Translations under genes and position numbers: made by a program | Shown: positions 18,184 through 26,545 of the stretch, piece by piece | Layout: every line of letters begins with the position of its first letter | How positions within the stretch are numbered: the stretch's first letter is position 1 | Notes under the pieces: model-generated | What the model saw: only the letters and a program-made list of their open reading frames with translations | The model's database searches: none | Told to the model about the DNA's origin: nothing | From: Candidatus Micrarchaeota archaeon | GTDB taxonomy: Archaea > Micrarchaeota > Micrarchaeia > Micrarchaeales > CABMGC01 | Assembly (NCBI GenBank): GCA_021818925.1 | Contig: JAKASU010000001.1 | Coordinates: forward strand, 68,036-132,035 | Direction: 5' to 3' | DNA: 64,000 nt

Positions 18184-19920
18184 GTGAATCAGATGGCAGT
18201 GCTAGGGATACACGACGCACACGACTCAGGAGCAGCCATAACTCATGAGGGCAACGTTATCGGAGCGGTGAACGAGGAGAGGTTCACCAAGAGGAAGAAC
18301 GACGTCGGCTTTCCCACAAACGCCATAGACTACATGCTGAAGAACTGTGACGAGGAGGTAACGAAGGTAGCGATCCCGTGGATCGGAGGAAGCGCACTCT
18401 TCGCAAGGATGATGCCTGACCTTGAGGTAAGGCGCAGGCTGCTTTGGAGGAAACAGGCACCGAAGCCCAGCAGGCTCAAGATGGAGGTAACTGACCTAAT
18501 ATTCAAGCTCGTTCAGGACCAATGGCCGAGATGGTTCTGGGACGCTACTGGAAGGGGCGTAGGAGGAAGCATACTGAAAAGCAAGCTGCGCAAGATGGGA
18601 ATAGAAAAGGAGATGGTCTTCGTAGACCACCATCTAGCGCATGCGGCAACAGCGTACTACGCATCGGGCTTCAAGGAGGCGCTTGTGATAACGCTCGACG
18701 GCGCGGGCGACGGGCTCAGCGGGACTGTGAGCATAGGTGATAACGGCAAGCTGAAAAGGATAAACGAGTTCAAGGCAAGCGCAAGCCTCGGCCTTCTCTA
18801 CGGCGCAGCCACCCTCGCGTGCGACCTGAGGTTCAGCGAAGACGAAGGCAAGCTGATGAGCCTTGCAGCGTACTCATATCCTGCGGAGATAAAGGAACTG
18901 GACAGCTTCGTGAGGTACGACGAGAAGAAGAAGCAGCTGGTCAGCGACCTGGGCATAAAGTACGAGTTCCTGCTCGCCGAGCACATAAAGGACACGCTTC
19001 TTTGGAAGTACAACAGGGAGGCGCTCGCCTACGCGGTGCAGAAGCACGTGCAGAACCAGGTGATGAAGATAGTCGAGGGCTACATCAAGGAGACGAAGAT
19101 AAGGAATGTGGCGGTATCTGGAGGCTACTTCTCCAACATAATCACCAACATGGAGATAAACGAGCATCCCGAGGTAAAGAACTTCTTCGTCTTCCCGCAG
19201 ATGGGGGACGGGGGCCTTGCTCTCGGAGCAGCTTACTACGTGGACTTCCAGGAGAACGGGAAGTTAAACCCGAAGCAGGTTGACAACTTCTATTACGGAC
19301 CGTCTTACACCGATATCGAGATTGAAAGAACGCTCAGGAAGCAGAAGAAGGCGAAGAAGATAACCTATCACGAGGTAAAGGGGATAGCGAAATACGTTTC
19401 GGGGAAGATCGCGGAGGAGAACAAGATAATCTTGTGGTTCCAGGGCAGAATGGAGTTCGGGCCGAGGGCCCTGGGCAACAGGAGCGTGCTTGCACTTGCG
19501 AACCACAAGGAGAACAGGAACGAGATAAACCTCATGATCAAGCGTAGGCCATACTACCAGCCCTTTGCGAGCACTATACTTGAGGAAGATGCAAGGTCGC
19601 TGCTTGACCCGTACCCTCGCGGCAACAAGTTCATGACGATCGGCTACAAGGTAAGGCCCGACAAGTTCCCTGAGCTCGAGGCTGCATCGCACATAGACAT
19701 GACCACAAGGCCGCAGACGCTGGGGAAGGAGAACATGCTCTACAGAGACGTTCTTCTTGGGGTAAAGAAGAAGATCGGGTACGGGGCGGTGCTGAACACC
19801 AGCTTTAACAAGCACGGCATGCCGATAGTGATGACGCCGGAAGACGCTCTCTGGACGCTCGAGAACACCGGCGCAAAGTACCTTGCGATAGGCAACTTCT
19901 TCGTGGAGAAGGTGAAGTAG
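18184..19920 (+). CDS. Carbamoyltransferase (NodU/CmcH family)
   Basis: LGIHDAHDSGAAI...NEERFTKRKND N-terminus. 578 aa. The start is either the GTG at 18184 or the ATG at 18193. Confidence 0.85.
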   Translation: MNQMAVLGIHDAHDSGAAITHEGNVIGAVNEERFTKRKNDVGFPTNAIDYMLKNCDEEVTKVAIPWIGGSALFARMMPDLEVRRRLLWRKQAPKPSRLKMEVTDLIFKLVQDQWPRWFWDATGRGVGGSILKSKLRKMGIEKEMVFVDHHLAHAATAYYASGFKEALVITLDGAGDGLSGTVSIGDNGKLKRINEFKASASLGLLYGAATLACDLRFSEDEGKLMSLAAYSYPAEIKELDSFVRYDEKKKQLVSDLGIKYEFLLAEHIKDTLLWKYNREALAYAVQKHVQNQVMKIVEGYIKETKIRNVAVSGGYFSNIITNMEINEHPEVKNFFVFPQMGDGGLALGAAYYVDFQENGKLNPKQVDNFYYGPSYTDIEIERTLRKQKKAKKITYHEVKGIAKYVSGKIAEENKIILWFQGRMEFGPRALGNRSVLALANHKENRNEINLMIKRRPYYQPFASTILEEDARSLLDPYPRGNKFMTIGYKVRPDKFPELEAASHIDMTTRPQTLGKENMLYRDVLLGVKKKIGYGAVLNTSFNKHGMPIVMTPEDALWTLENTGAKYLAIGNFFVEKVK

Positions 19921-19923
19921 GCA

Positions 19924-21132
19924 ATGGAGAAGCCGAGCATCACGATAATAGTGCTCGATACCCTGAGGCTTGACACGTTCAACAGCCTTAGCGGGCAGAA
20001 GGGACGCGAGCTCTCGCGACTTGGCGACTTCGTAACGCTCCAGGGTTGCATAGCCCCGTCATCATGGACTCTTCCCTCACACGCGTCCCTGTTCACCGGC
20101 CTCTATCCGAGCGAGCACGGCGCACACGAAACCAAGACTGTGAAGGCCCTTGACATAGCCAAGATCTCGCTCAAGAAGCGGACGTTCGTAAGCGACCTCA
20201 AGTCGATGAGGTACAAGACCTACGCAATATCCGCCAACCCCTACGTGCACCCGGTGTACGGCTTCGATGAATTCGACTCGTTCACAGAGGAGTCATACTT
20301 CACTGACATATGGGGCAGCGTGGTGGAGATAGCGGATAGGCTCAAGCCAAAGGTAGCAAAGTACAGGAACGAATATGGTAGCGACCTGCTCAAGCTCTCT
20401 TCAGCGATGCTCAAGGAGGATCCGAATCTGTTCTTCGAGACCGCGCTAAGCGGTCTTGCACTTACCCCCATCGCAGCGGTCAAGAAGATGAAAGCAAGGC
20501 TGATAGACGGCTGGCCGATAGAGAAAGGCGGGAGGAACACGGTAGCGAGAGTCAGGCGGATGAGTATGAAGAGGCCATTTTTCCTCTTCGTTAACCTGAT
20601 GGAGGCCCACGACCCCTACACTGTCTCAAAGAAGAAGGCCATGAGCTGGGTCACGCCGTTTCTGAAGGAGAAGACAAGCGAAGCGACGCTCAGCCTGTGG
20701 GAGAAGCTGTACTGGAAGGCGGCGCAGAGGGGCTACGCATACGCGTACAGCATAATCGAGGACGTGATCGAGAGGTTCGGGGACAACCAGATCGTCATAT
20801 TGACCAGCGACCACGGCCAGGAGTTCGGCGAGCACGGCTTCATAGGCCACGGCACAGTGCTCGATGACGAGGTTGTCCGAGTTCCCATGGCCGTGCTTCT
20901 GCCAAAAGGCTTCGGAAGGGGCAAGCGCAGGCAATACTCTTCGCTCGTTAATGTCAGGAGGTTCCTGTCTGCGGCGCTTTCAGGGAAAAGGGACGCGATA
21001 GCAGAGCTTTACAGCAAAGAGGTAAGGGCGGAGAGCTTCGGAGTTCCCGCAGCGATATCGAGGATCGCTGGCATAGACGTGCGCAAGCTCAGGGCGCACG
21101 AGAAAGCAACGAAAAGAAGGTTCAGGAGCTAG
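19924..21132 (+). CDS. Alkaline-phosphatase-superfamily (sulfatase-like) hydrolase/transferase
   Basis: IIVLDTLRLD metal-binding start and SWTLPSHASLFTG. I saw no C/S-x-P-x-R formylglycine signature, so this is probably not a true sulfatase. Confidence 0.7.
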   Translation: MEKPSITIIVLDTLRLDTFNSLSGQKGRELSRLGDFVTLQGCIAPSSWTLPSHASLFTGLYPSEHGAHETKTVKALDIAKISLKKRTFVSDLKSMRYKTYAISANPYVHPVYGFDEFDSFTEESYFTDIWGSVVEIADRLKPKVAKYRNEYGSDLLKLSSAMLKEDPNLFFETALSGLALTPIAAVKKMKARLIDGWPIEKGGRNTVARVRRMSMKRPFFLFVNLMEAHDPYTVSKKKAMSWVTPFLKEKTSEATLSLWEKLYWKAAQRGYAYAYSIIEDVIERFGDNQIVILTSDHGQEFGEHGFIGHGTVLDDEVVRVPMAVLLPKGFGRGKRRQYSSLVNVRRFLSAALSGKRDAIAELYSKEVRAESFGVPAAISRIAGIDVRKLRAHEKATKRRFRS

Positions 21133-22358
21133 TCCAGCGTGCCTATCCCTGCGAACTTGCTGTCGCTGTAGAGTACAAATCTCCCAAGCTCCCTTGTAAC
21201 GTCATAGCTCTCCACCGGCACCTTTCTTACAAGCCGAACTTCGGCCTCAACCGCCTCAAGCGGCTTCGCTTTCTTGGTTCTGACTATCTCTCCTGTGGTC
21301 GTGTCAATGTCGTGCAGTATCTTCACACTCTTGCACGCGATCTCGGTGCCGTTGAACCTGGCAAGAGTTCTCTTTCCGAACCTGCCTGTGACGAATATCT
21401 TTAACTTTATCTTGTCTTTCAACTCTGGTTTGTTTGCGCTGCTTGCGATTACAGATCCTCGCAGTTCTCCGTCAATCACCCTGTCCAGCGCAAGCGCAAC
21501 ATTCTCTCCAATTACCCCCGTCCTGACCTTCTTGCCTTTCACCACTATTCCCTCCACTGTGGCGTTGCTCCCGAGCGGCAACACGCTTATTCTCTCTCCA
21601 ACGCTAACGCTGCCATTGACCACTCTTCCAACTATGAGTTCGCCTTTATCACCGGATATTGTGCCCTGTGTTATTATCCTCAGAGCGCCTTCATGCTTCT
21701 TGCCGCCTTTCCTGGCCTCGTCATAAAGAACGTCTATGAGCGGCCTTCCCCTGTACCACTTGATCTTCTGGCTCTTCTTAACAAGGTTCTCGCCTTTGTA
21801 CGCAGATATGGGCACGAAATGAACGTTCTGCTTTGCAAAGCCTATCTTGAATATGAATCTGCTGAGCTCTCGCTCTACGTCTTCAAACCTTTCCTGCGAG
21901 TAGCCAACGGTGTCCATCTTGTTGACTGCAACGATAAGCCTGTCTATGCCCAGCATCCGCGATATGAACAGATGCCTCTTGGTCTGGTCCCTTACCCCCT
22001 CGTCCTGCTTCGCCGATACTAGGAGCAGGGCAATCTCCCCGTAAGATGCGCCGCTGATCATGTTTTTTATGAGCTCCTCGTGCCCCGGCACGTCGATCAG
22101 CGCGAACGCAAGACCATTGTGCTTTATCTCGGCCCTGGTGGTGTCGAAGGTCATCTCGCCGAGCCTCTCCTCTGCGAAGCTGTCGAGAATAAACGCAGGC
22201 TCGAAAGGTTTGTGCATACGCTTGCTGTACATCTCAGCTTCGCGGATTCGCGCCTGCGTGGCAGCGCCGGTCTGCATCAGCATGCTGCCGATTAGCGTGG
22301 ACTTTCCATGGTCCTTGTGCCCAAGAAGTGCTACGCTCTTTACAATCATCAGAATCAC
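21129..22358 (-). CDS. cysN: Sulfate adenylyltransferase subunit 1-like translational-type GTPase (CysN/EF-1alpha-like, no APS kinase domain)
   Basis: G1 GHKDHGKST, G3 DVPGH, G4 NKMD. It overlaps cysD by 4 nt. Confidence 0.75.
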   Translation of the reverse strand: MILMIVKSVALLGHKDHGKSTLIGSMLMQTGAATQARIREAEMYSKRMHKPFEPAFILDSFAEERLGEMTFDTTRAEIKHNGLAFALIDVPGHEELIKNMISGASYGEIALLLVSAKQDEGVRDQTKRHLFISRMLGIDRLIVAVNKMDTVGYSQERFEDVERELSRFIFKIGFAKQNVHFVPISAYKGENLVKKSQKIKWYRGRPLIDVLYDEARKGGKKHEGALRIITQGTISGDKGELIVGRVVNGSVSVGERISVLPLGSNATVEGIVVKGKKVRTGVIGENVALALDRVIDGELRGSVIASSANKPELKDKIKLKIFVTGRFGKRTLARFNGTEIACKSVKILHDIDTTTGEIVRTKKAKPLEAVEAEVRLVRKVPVESYDVTRELGRFVLYSDSKFAGIGTLD

Positions 22359-23143
22359 ATGTAGCCCAGGGCGCGCAATTTCTGCATCACGTATTCGCGC
22401 TCTTTGTCCATGCTTCTACCAGATCTCTCTTCCGTCTTTGTCGTCTCAAGCTCTTTTATTATATCATCAATGTTTTTTGCGTTGGATTTGAGCGGCACGG
22501 TACAGTGGGTGCAGCCAAGGCTCCTATATCTGTATCCGTTCCTTGAGAAGTAAAGCGGGTTGACAGGTATGTGCTCCTTCTTTACGTATGACCAGATGTC
22601 CACCTCATTCCAATCCAAAAGCGGGTGTACGCGTATGTGGCCTTTTGTGTCGAGCTTTGAGGCGTAGTCGTCCCACAGCTCAGCAGGCTGGTCCTTGTAG
22701 TTCCACTTGAAGTTTTCGTCCCTGGGCGACATGTACCTCTCCTTAGCCCTTATCCCATGCTCGTCCCTCCTTATCGAGACTATGAGAGCGTCAAAGCCAT
22801 ACTCCTTCATTATCTTCTTCAAGGTTTCTGGCTTGTTCTTGCCGCAACACGCGGCCCCTACCAGATCAGGCTTGATCTCGCTCTGGCCTACTATGACCTT
22901 GAAGTTCCATTTCTTCGCCAGATACTCACGGAAAGCGTAGGTTTCTGGAAAATCAATCGAATTGTCGATGTGAATGACCGGGAAGGGTATCTTTCCGAGG
23001 AACGCTTTCCTTGTGAGTGCAAGCATCGTGGTTGAGTCCTTGCCCATGCTCCACAACGCCGCGACGTTTTTAAACTTCAGCTTCGTCTCGCGTATTATGT
23101 ATATGCTCTTCTCTTCCAAAGTTTTGAGGTCTTGTTTTATCAT
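22355..23143 (-). CDS. cysD: Sulfate adenylyltransferase subunit 2 (PAPS-reductase-like PP-loop)
   Basis: SMGKDST PP-loop, RRDEHGIRAKER, RVHPLLDWNEVDIW. The tail TEERSGR...KLRALGYM is collinear with E. coli CysD as I recall it. Confidence 0.85.
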   Translation of the reverse strand: MIKQDLKTLEEKSIYIIRETKLKFKNVAALWSMGKDSTTMLALTRKAFLGKIPFPVIHIDNSIDFPETYAFREYLAKKWNFKVIVGQSEIKPDLVGAACCGKNKPETLKKIMKEYGFDALIVSIRRDEHGIRAKERYMSPRDENFKWNYKDQPAELWDDYASKLDTKGHIRVHPLLDWNEVDIWSYVKKEHIPVNPLYFSRNGYRYRSLGCTHCTVPLKSNAKNIDDIIKELETTKTEERSGRSMDKEREYVMQKLRALGYM

Positions 23144-23446
23144 CTAATCCACCAGATTCGAAACCCTAAGCCCTTCCAAATATATCGTGGCGCCGCGCAG
23201 CTTCTTGCCCTCCTTCTTGAATATGGGCACCGAGGTGACCTGCCTGAACTTAGAGTCGTAAAGCTCAACAGAGGACTTCGCAAGGTCCTGCATCTTGCTC
23301 AGTTTTCCCTCGTTCGCGAATATGGCCTTATAGTATACTATGCCGCTGCCCTTCAGCGCCTTCGAGAACTTCTCCCAGTTCTGGTCAGTCGGCTCCTTCC
23401 AGAGCGTGCTGGCTATCTCCTTTATGTTGGTCTTTGCCATAGGCAT
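23144..23446 (-). CDS. Hypothetical protein (100 aa) in the RHH-cysDN operon
   Basis: The ORF fills the space between the RHH and cysD genes exactly (0 and 6 nt gaps). No recognisable motif. Confidence 0.55.
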   Translation of the reverse strand: MPMAKTNIKEIASTLWKEPTDQNWEKFSKALKGSGIVYYKAIFANEGKLSKMQDLAKSSVELYDSKFRQVTSVPIFKKEGKKLRGATIYLEGLRVSNLVD

Positions 23447-23452
23447 CCTCCA

Positions 23453-23677
23453 CTAAGCGTAACCAAGCGCCCGCAGTTTCTCCAGGACGCCCTCTGTATC
23501 CTTCTTGCCCGCCTTCCTCATCTCCATCTCTGATGTCGTCTCCCTCAGTATATAGGTCACGTAGTCCGACACGGAAGAGAAACCAGTGTTCTTTATCCTC
23601 TCCTGCAGCCTCTGGAATAGCGGCGCCGGTATTGTTATGGTCGTATACTTCCTCTTTATGCCAGCATGCTTCACCAT
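23453..23677 (-). CDS. Ribbon-helix-helix (CopG-like) protein with a CysD-like C-terminal tail
   Basis: The N-terminal TTITIPAPLFQRLQERIK is RHH beta-strand plus helix. The C-terminus EKLRALGYA mirrors the CysD C-terminus QKLRALGYM. Confidence 0.7.
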   Translation of the reverse strand: MVKHAGIKRKYTTITIPAPLFQRLQERIKNTGFSSVSDYVTYILRETTSEMEMRKAGKKDTEGVLEKLRALGYA

Positions 23678-23720
23678 ATAATCTATAATGTTACTGCATT
23701 ATAAGATATATAAAGATTCG

Positions 23721-23729
23721 CTTTACGCT
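23721..23729. repeat. Target-site duplication, left copy (CTTTACGCT)
   Basis: An identical 9-mer lies at 28422-28430. Both copies abut the outer ends of the 18-nt inverted repeats. Confidence 0.8.
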
Positions 23730-23747
23730 GGCTTTGTTGATTTAGTC
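23730..23747. repeat. Terminal inverted repeat, left (GGCTTTGTTGATTTAGTC)
   Basis: Perfect reverse complement of 28404-28421. Confidence 0.85.
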
Positions 23748-23786
23748 CAAAACTGTTGATTAAGTCCTCAAATCGTTGAAGAAGTC
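23736..23786 (+). repeat. Three direct 12-nt subterminal repeats GTTGAnnnAGTC (23736, 23755, 23775)
   Basis: GTTGATTTAGTC, GTTGATTAAGTC and GTTGAAGAAGTC at 19-20 nt spacing, immediately upstream of the TATA-like box CTTTTAAGAA (23790-23799) of the nuclease gene. Confidence 0.7.
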
Positions 23787-23818
23787 AAGCTTTTAAGAAT
23801 TGGGTTCGATAGTTCTTT

Positions 23819-24475
23819 ATGCCCTTAAATATGGCAGACCTGCAGGATACTTTGAAAGAAATGAAGAACCTGCATATCGCTGGTAGACGAGGAAGCTATA
23901 ATCAAGCAGTAAGAACCCAGCAATTCATCAGAAAGCTACACTCTTATGCAATAAGGGAATTTGCAAGAGTTGGAATAAAGAAAACCAGAGACATAGACAT
24001 TCTGACAGAAAAGAAGATTCTTGGCTCGTTCAAACAGAAGAACGTGGATATTCTCGTTTTACACAAGATTACAGGGGCTATGATTATCGTGTCGGTTAAA
24101 AGCCTTATGTCAGCGATAACCTCAAACTTTACCAATACTTTCGAGGCTATGATAGGCGATGCCTCTACGATGCACGAGAGATATCCTTATTTGATTATGA
24201 CTGAGCTATTCCTGTTTCCGAAAGAGGTTCTGAATCGCTCCGAGACCTATCCGTTGGACTACTACTCAAATCTGTTAAGCAAGATAAACAAGAGGCAGTC
24301 TCAGATAGATGACAATAAAAAATATGAGAGGATAGGCTTGGTAGTTGCTGACTTTAACAAAACGCCACTTCCAACAGTATATCATTCGCCAAAGGAAAGT
24401 AAAGACTTATACATCGAGACCTTCTTTGATGATGTCAAGAAGATATACGAATATAGATACGAGGATTTGCTCTAA
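23819..24475 (+). CDS. Candidate type II restriction endonuclease (PD-(D/E)XK-like)
   Basis: 218 aa. NVDILVLHK...IIVSVKS fits a D...(E/S)xK nuclease core. It is convergent with the methyltransferase and overlaps it by 4 nt. No family was recognised by eye. Confidence 0.5.
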   Translation: MPLNMADLQDTLKEMKNLHIAGRRGSYNQAVRTQQFIRKLHSYAIREFARVGIKKTRDIDILTEKKILGSFKQKNVDILVLHKITGAMIIVSVKSLMSAITSNFTNTFEAMIGDASTMHERYPYLIMTELFLFPKEVLNRSETYPLDYYSNLLSKINKRQSQIDDNKKYERIGLVVADFNKTPLPTVYHSPKESKDLYIETFFDDVKKIYEYRYEDLL

Positions 24476-26400
24476 ATAAGCAGTCCGTATTTCTTTATCA
24501 AGAAGTCATTTATCTTACTCTGATTGCTCTCTGATTTGAGGAATGTCTTTTCTTTCTCTGTAAACACAGGCATCTTGAAGCCTTCAAGTATCTTCTTATT
24601 CACTACCCAGAACTCGTTCCTTATTTTCTTAGCCTGCTTGGTTATGTAATACCAAAACACATTCGAGTTCAAGACCTTGATTAACCACTTGCCATCTTTT
24701 TTCGTAAGATAGCAGTAGCCCGCTATAAAAAGTGCTTCATCATTTATCAGCTCGAATCTCGGCTCTGGCATCATAGTCGGGCATACGAGTTTCTCTCCTC
24801 TTGCGTTGTAGCCCTGAACTCTCCCATACGCATACCAGCTACCATATTCTTTTACTCTTTCCTGCCCCTTGTCTCTCTTCATAAGTTCTGGTTTTATGGC
24901 TTTCAGATACTGATAAGCAGAAGGATACCTCTCTTTCAAGAGAGCCTCCTCCAATACTGAATATCGGTCGCCTTTCAATCTATATGGGAAGATTATCCTA
25001 TCGTAAAGTATCTTTACTTTCTTTGACTTTATCTTGTTAGCAAGAAGGATAGGTCTTGTTATGCTTTTTTCTATGAAATAGTCCTGCCCAGAATAAGTTT
25101 TGTGCAGGTATCTTTCATCTCTGCCATTATTCAGCAAGTATAAGTCATCACTAAGTGTCGCAACTCCAATTTTCACAGGATAGAGGTCTCCGAGCCTTAT
25201 GGGCTGCTGTGCTATTTTACTGAGGTTCTGGTTGTCTCGATGCCCATTTATCACTATCTTGTCTTCTGGCAAATCTTCATACTTTTCCTTCCTGAACTTT
25301 ATCTCGCTTAGCTCTTGCATTTCTTTAGGTTGATATATTTTGTAATACTCGAACGTGTCTTTTGGTTGCTTGTCGAGAGTTATTATGGCAGTATAGGTTA
25401 TGACATCATTAAACACTTGATGGTAATTGAAATCAAGTATCTTCTCGATATATCTGTTCTTTCTAAGTATCTCTCGAATCGTCTTTCCTGCCTCAGAATC
25501 AAAGAAGCTCTTCGATACTATGAAGGATACCCTGCCTTCTTTCTTGATTAGTTTGAGCGATAGCTCGATGAAGGGAATATACAAGTCCACATTATACTTG
25601 TATGCCGATAGCCATCTCTTCTTGATTACCTGCCTCGTTTTCACATCGAGGTTCTGTATCCTTACATAAGGCGGATTTCCTATCACAAAATCGAATCCGA
25701 ACTTTGGACTTCTTGTGATTATCGTGCTTGTATCCTGAATGCCGAAAACCTCTGGAAATTCGAGTTCCCAATTTGCCTTTAGACTATCCCTGACAATAAG
25801 ATTGAATTTTATCTCTTCCTTATCCTCTTTGTTCAGTAGTGCAAGAAGAGACAGAATCAGTTTTGTTCTCTCCACACTTCTTTTCGATATGTCGCACCCG
25901 TAGATTCTGTTTTCAAGTATTTCTGTGAGCGGTTTGTTGGTGAGCTTGTGCAATCTCTCCGTAGCCGAGACAAGAAACGCACCGCTACCGCAAGCAGGGT
26001 CACATACGAGACCGTCTTTCGTGATAGTAGTTTCGACTATGTAGTCCACTACGCTCGTCGGCGTGTAGAAAGCACCATTTATCTTTCTCTCCTTCTCCTC
26101 GATTATGAGTTCAAAGACTCTCTCTATGTTCTTAAGAGAGATGGATTCCTTATTAAGCTCCAGAAATCTTAACAGGTCTTCGCATACGCCTTCGGTTGCC
26201 CTTTTAATCTTGTCAAGAACAAGCTCATTTCTCAGAACCCGCAATTCGTTGCTTTGAACAAACAAGTAGACAAGCCCAGATTCAATCTCATCTATGCTAT
26301 GCTTCTCTATCAAGTCTGACATATTCATAGGTTTAAGTTCCATCTTCCCCTCTTTCCCCTTACTCTTCTCTTTCAATAACATTATTTGAGCGTCATTCAT
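24472..26400 (-). CDS. N6-adenine DNA methyltransferase, gamma class (Eco57I/TaqI-like, with a C-terminal target-recognition domain)
   Basis: Motif X GAFYTPTSVV, motif I DPACGSGAFL, motif IV IGNPPY. The ATG at 26400 is preferred over the TTG at 26412. Confidence 0.9.
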   Translation of the reverse strand: MNDAQIMLLKEKSKGKEGKMELKPMNMSDLIEKHSIDEIESGLVYLFVQSNELRVLRNELVLDKIKRATEGVCEDLLRFLELNKESISLKNIERVFELIIEEKERKINGAFYTPTSVVDYIVETTITKDGLVCDPACGSGAFLVSATERLHKLTNKPLTEILENRIYGCDISKRSVERTKLILSLLALLNKEDKEEIKFNLIVRDSLKANWELEFPEVFGIQDTSTIITRSPKFGFDFVIGNPPYVRIQNLDVKTRQVIKKRWLSAYKYNVDLYIPFIELSLKLIKKEGRVSFIVSKSFFDSEAGKTIREILRKNRYIEKILDFNYHQVFNDVITYTAIITLDKQPKDTFEYYKIYQPKEMQELSEIKFRKEKYEDLPEDKIVINGHRDNQNLSKIAQQPIRLGDLYPVKIGVATLSDDLYLLNNGRDERYLHKTYSGQDYFIEKSITRPILLANKIKSKKVKILYDRIIFPYRLKGDRYSVLEEALLKERYPSAYQYLKAIKPELMKRDKGQERVKEYGSWYAYGRVQGYNARGEKLVCPTMMPEPRFELINDEALFIAGYCYLTKKDGKWLIKVLNSNVFWYYITKQAKKIRNEFWVVNKKILEGFKMPVFTEKEKTFLKSESNQSKINDFLIKKYGLLI

Positions 26401-26545
26401 ATTAAACACCAATCTTGTGCGTGGCTAACGCTAACAGAAGCGACATCACCCAGAAACAGAATGGCTAATTTATTCGGCGTTTTGCCATACGCACTTTGAC
26501 CGATAACATTAAGAAAGTAAAGGAATTTATTCTTTGCTCCGCTTC

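Noticed and set aside
19924-21132. Calling this gene an arylsulfatase
   Set aside because: I could not find the C/S-x-P-x-R formylglycine motif (it has T-L-P-S-H). It is kept as a generic alkaline-phosphatase-superfamily enzyme.
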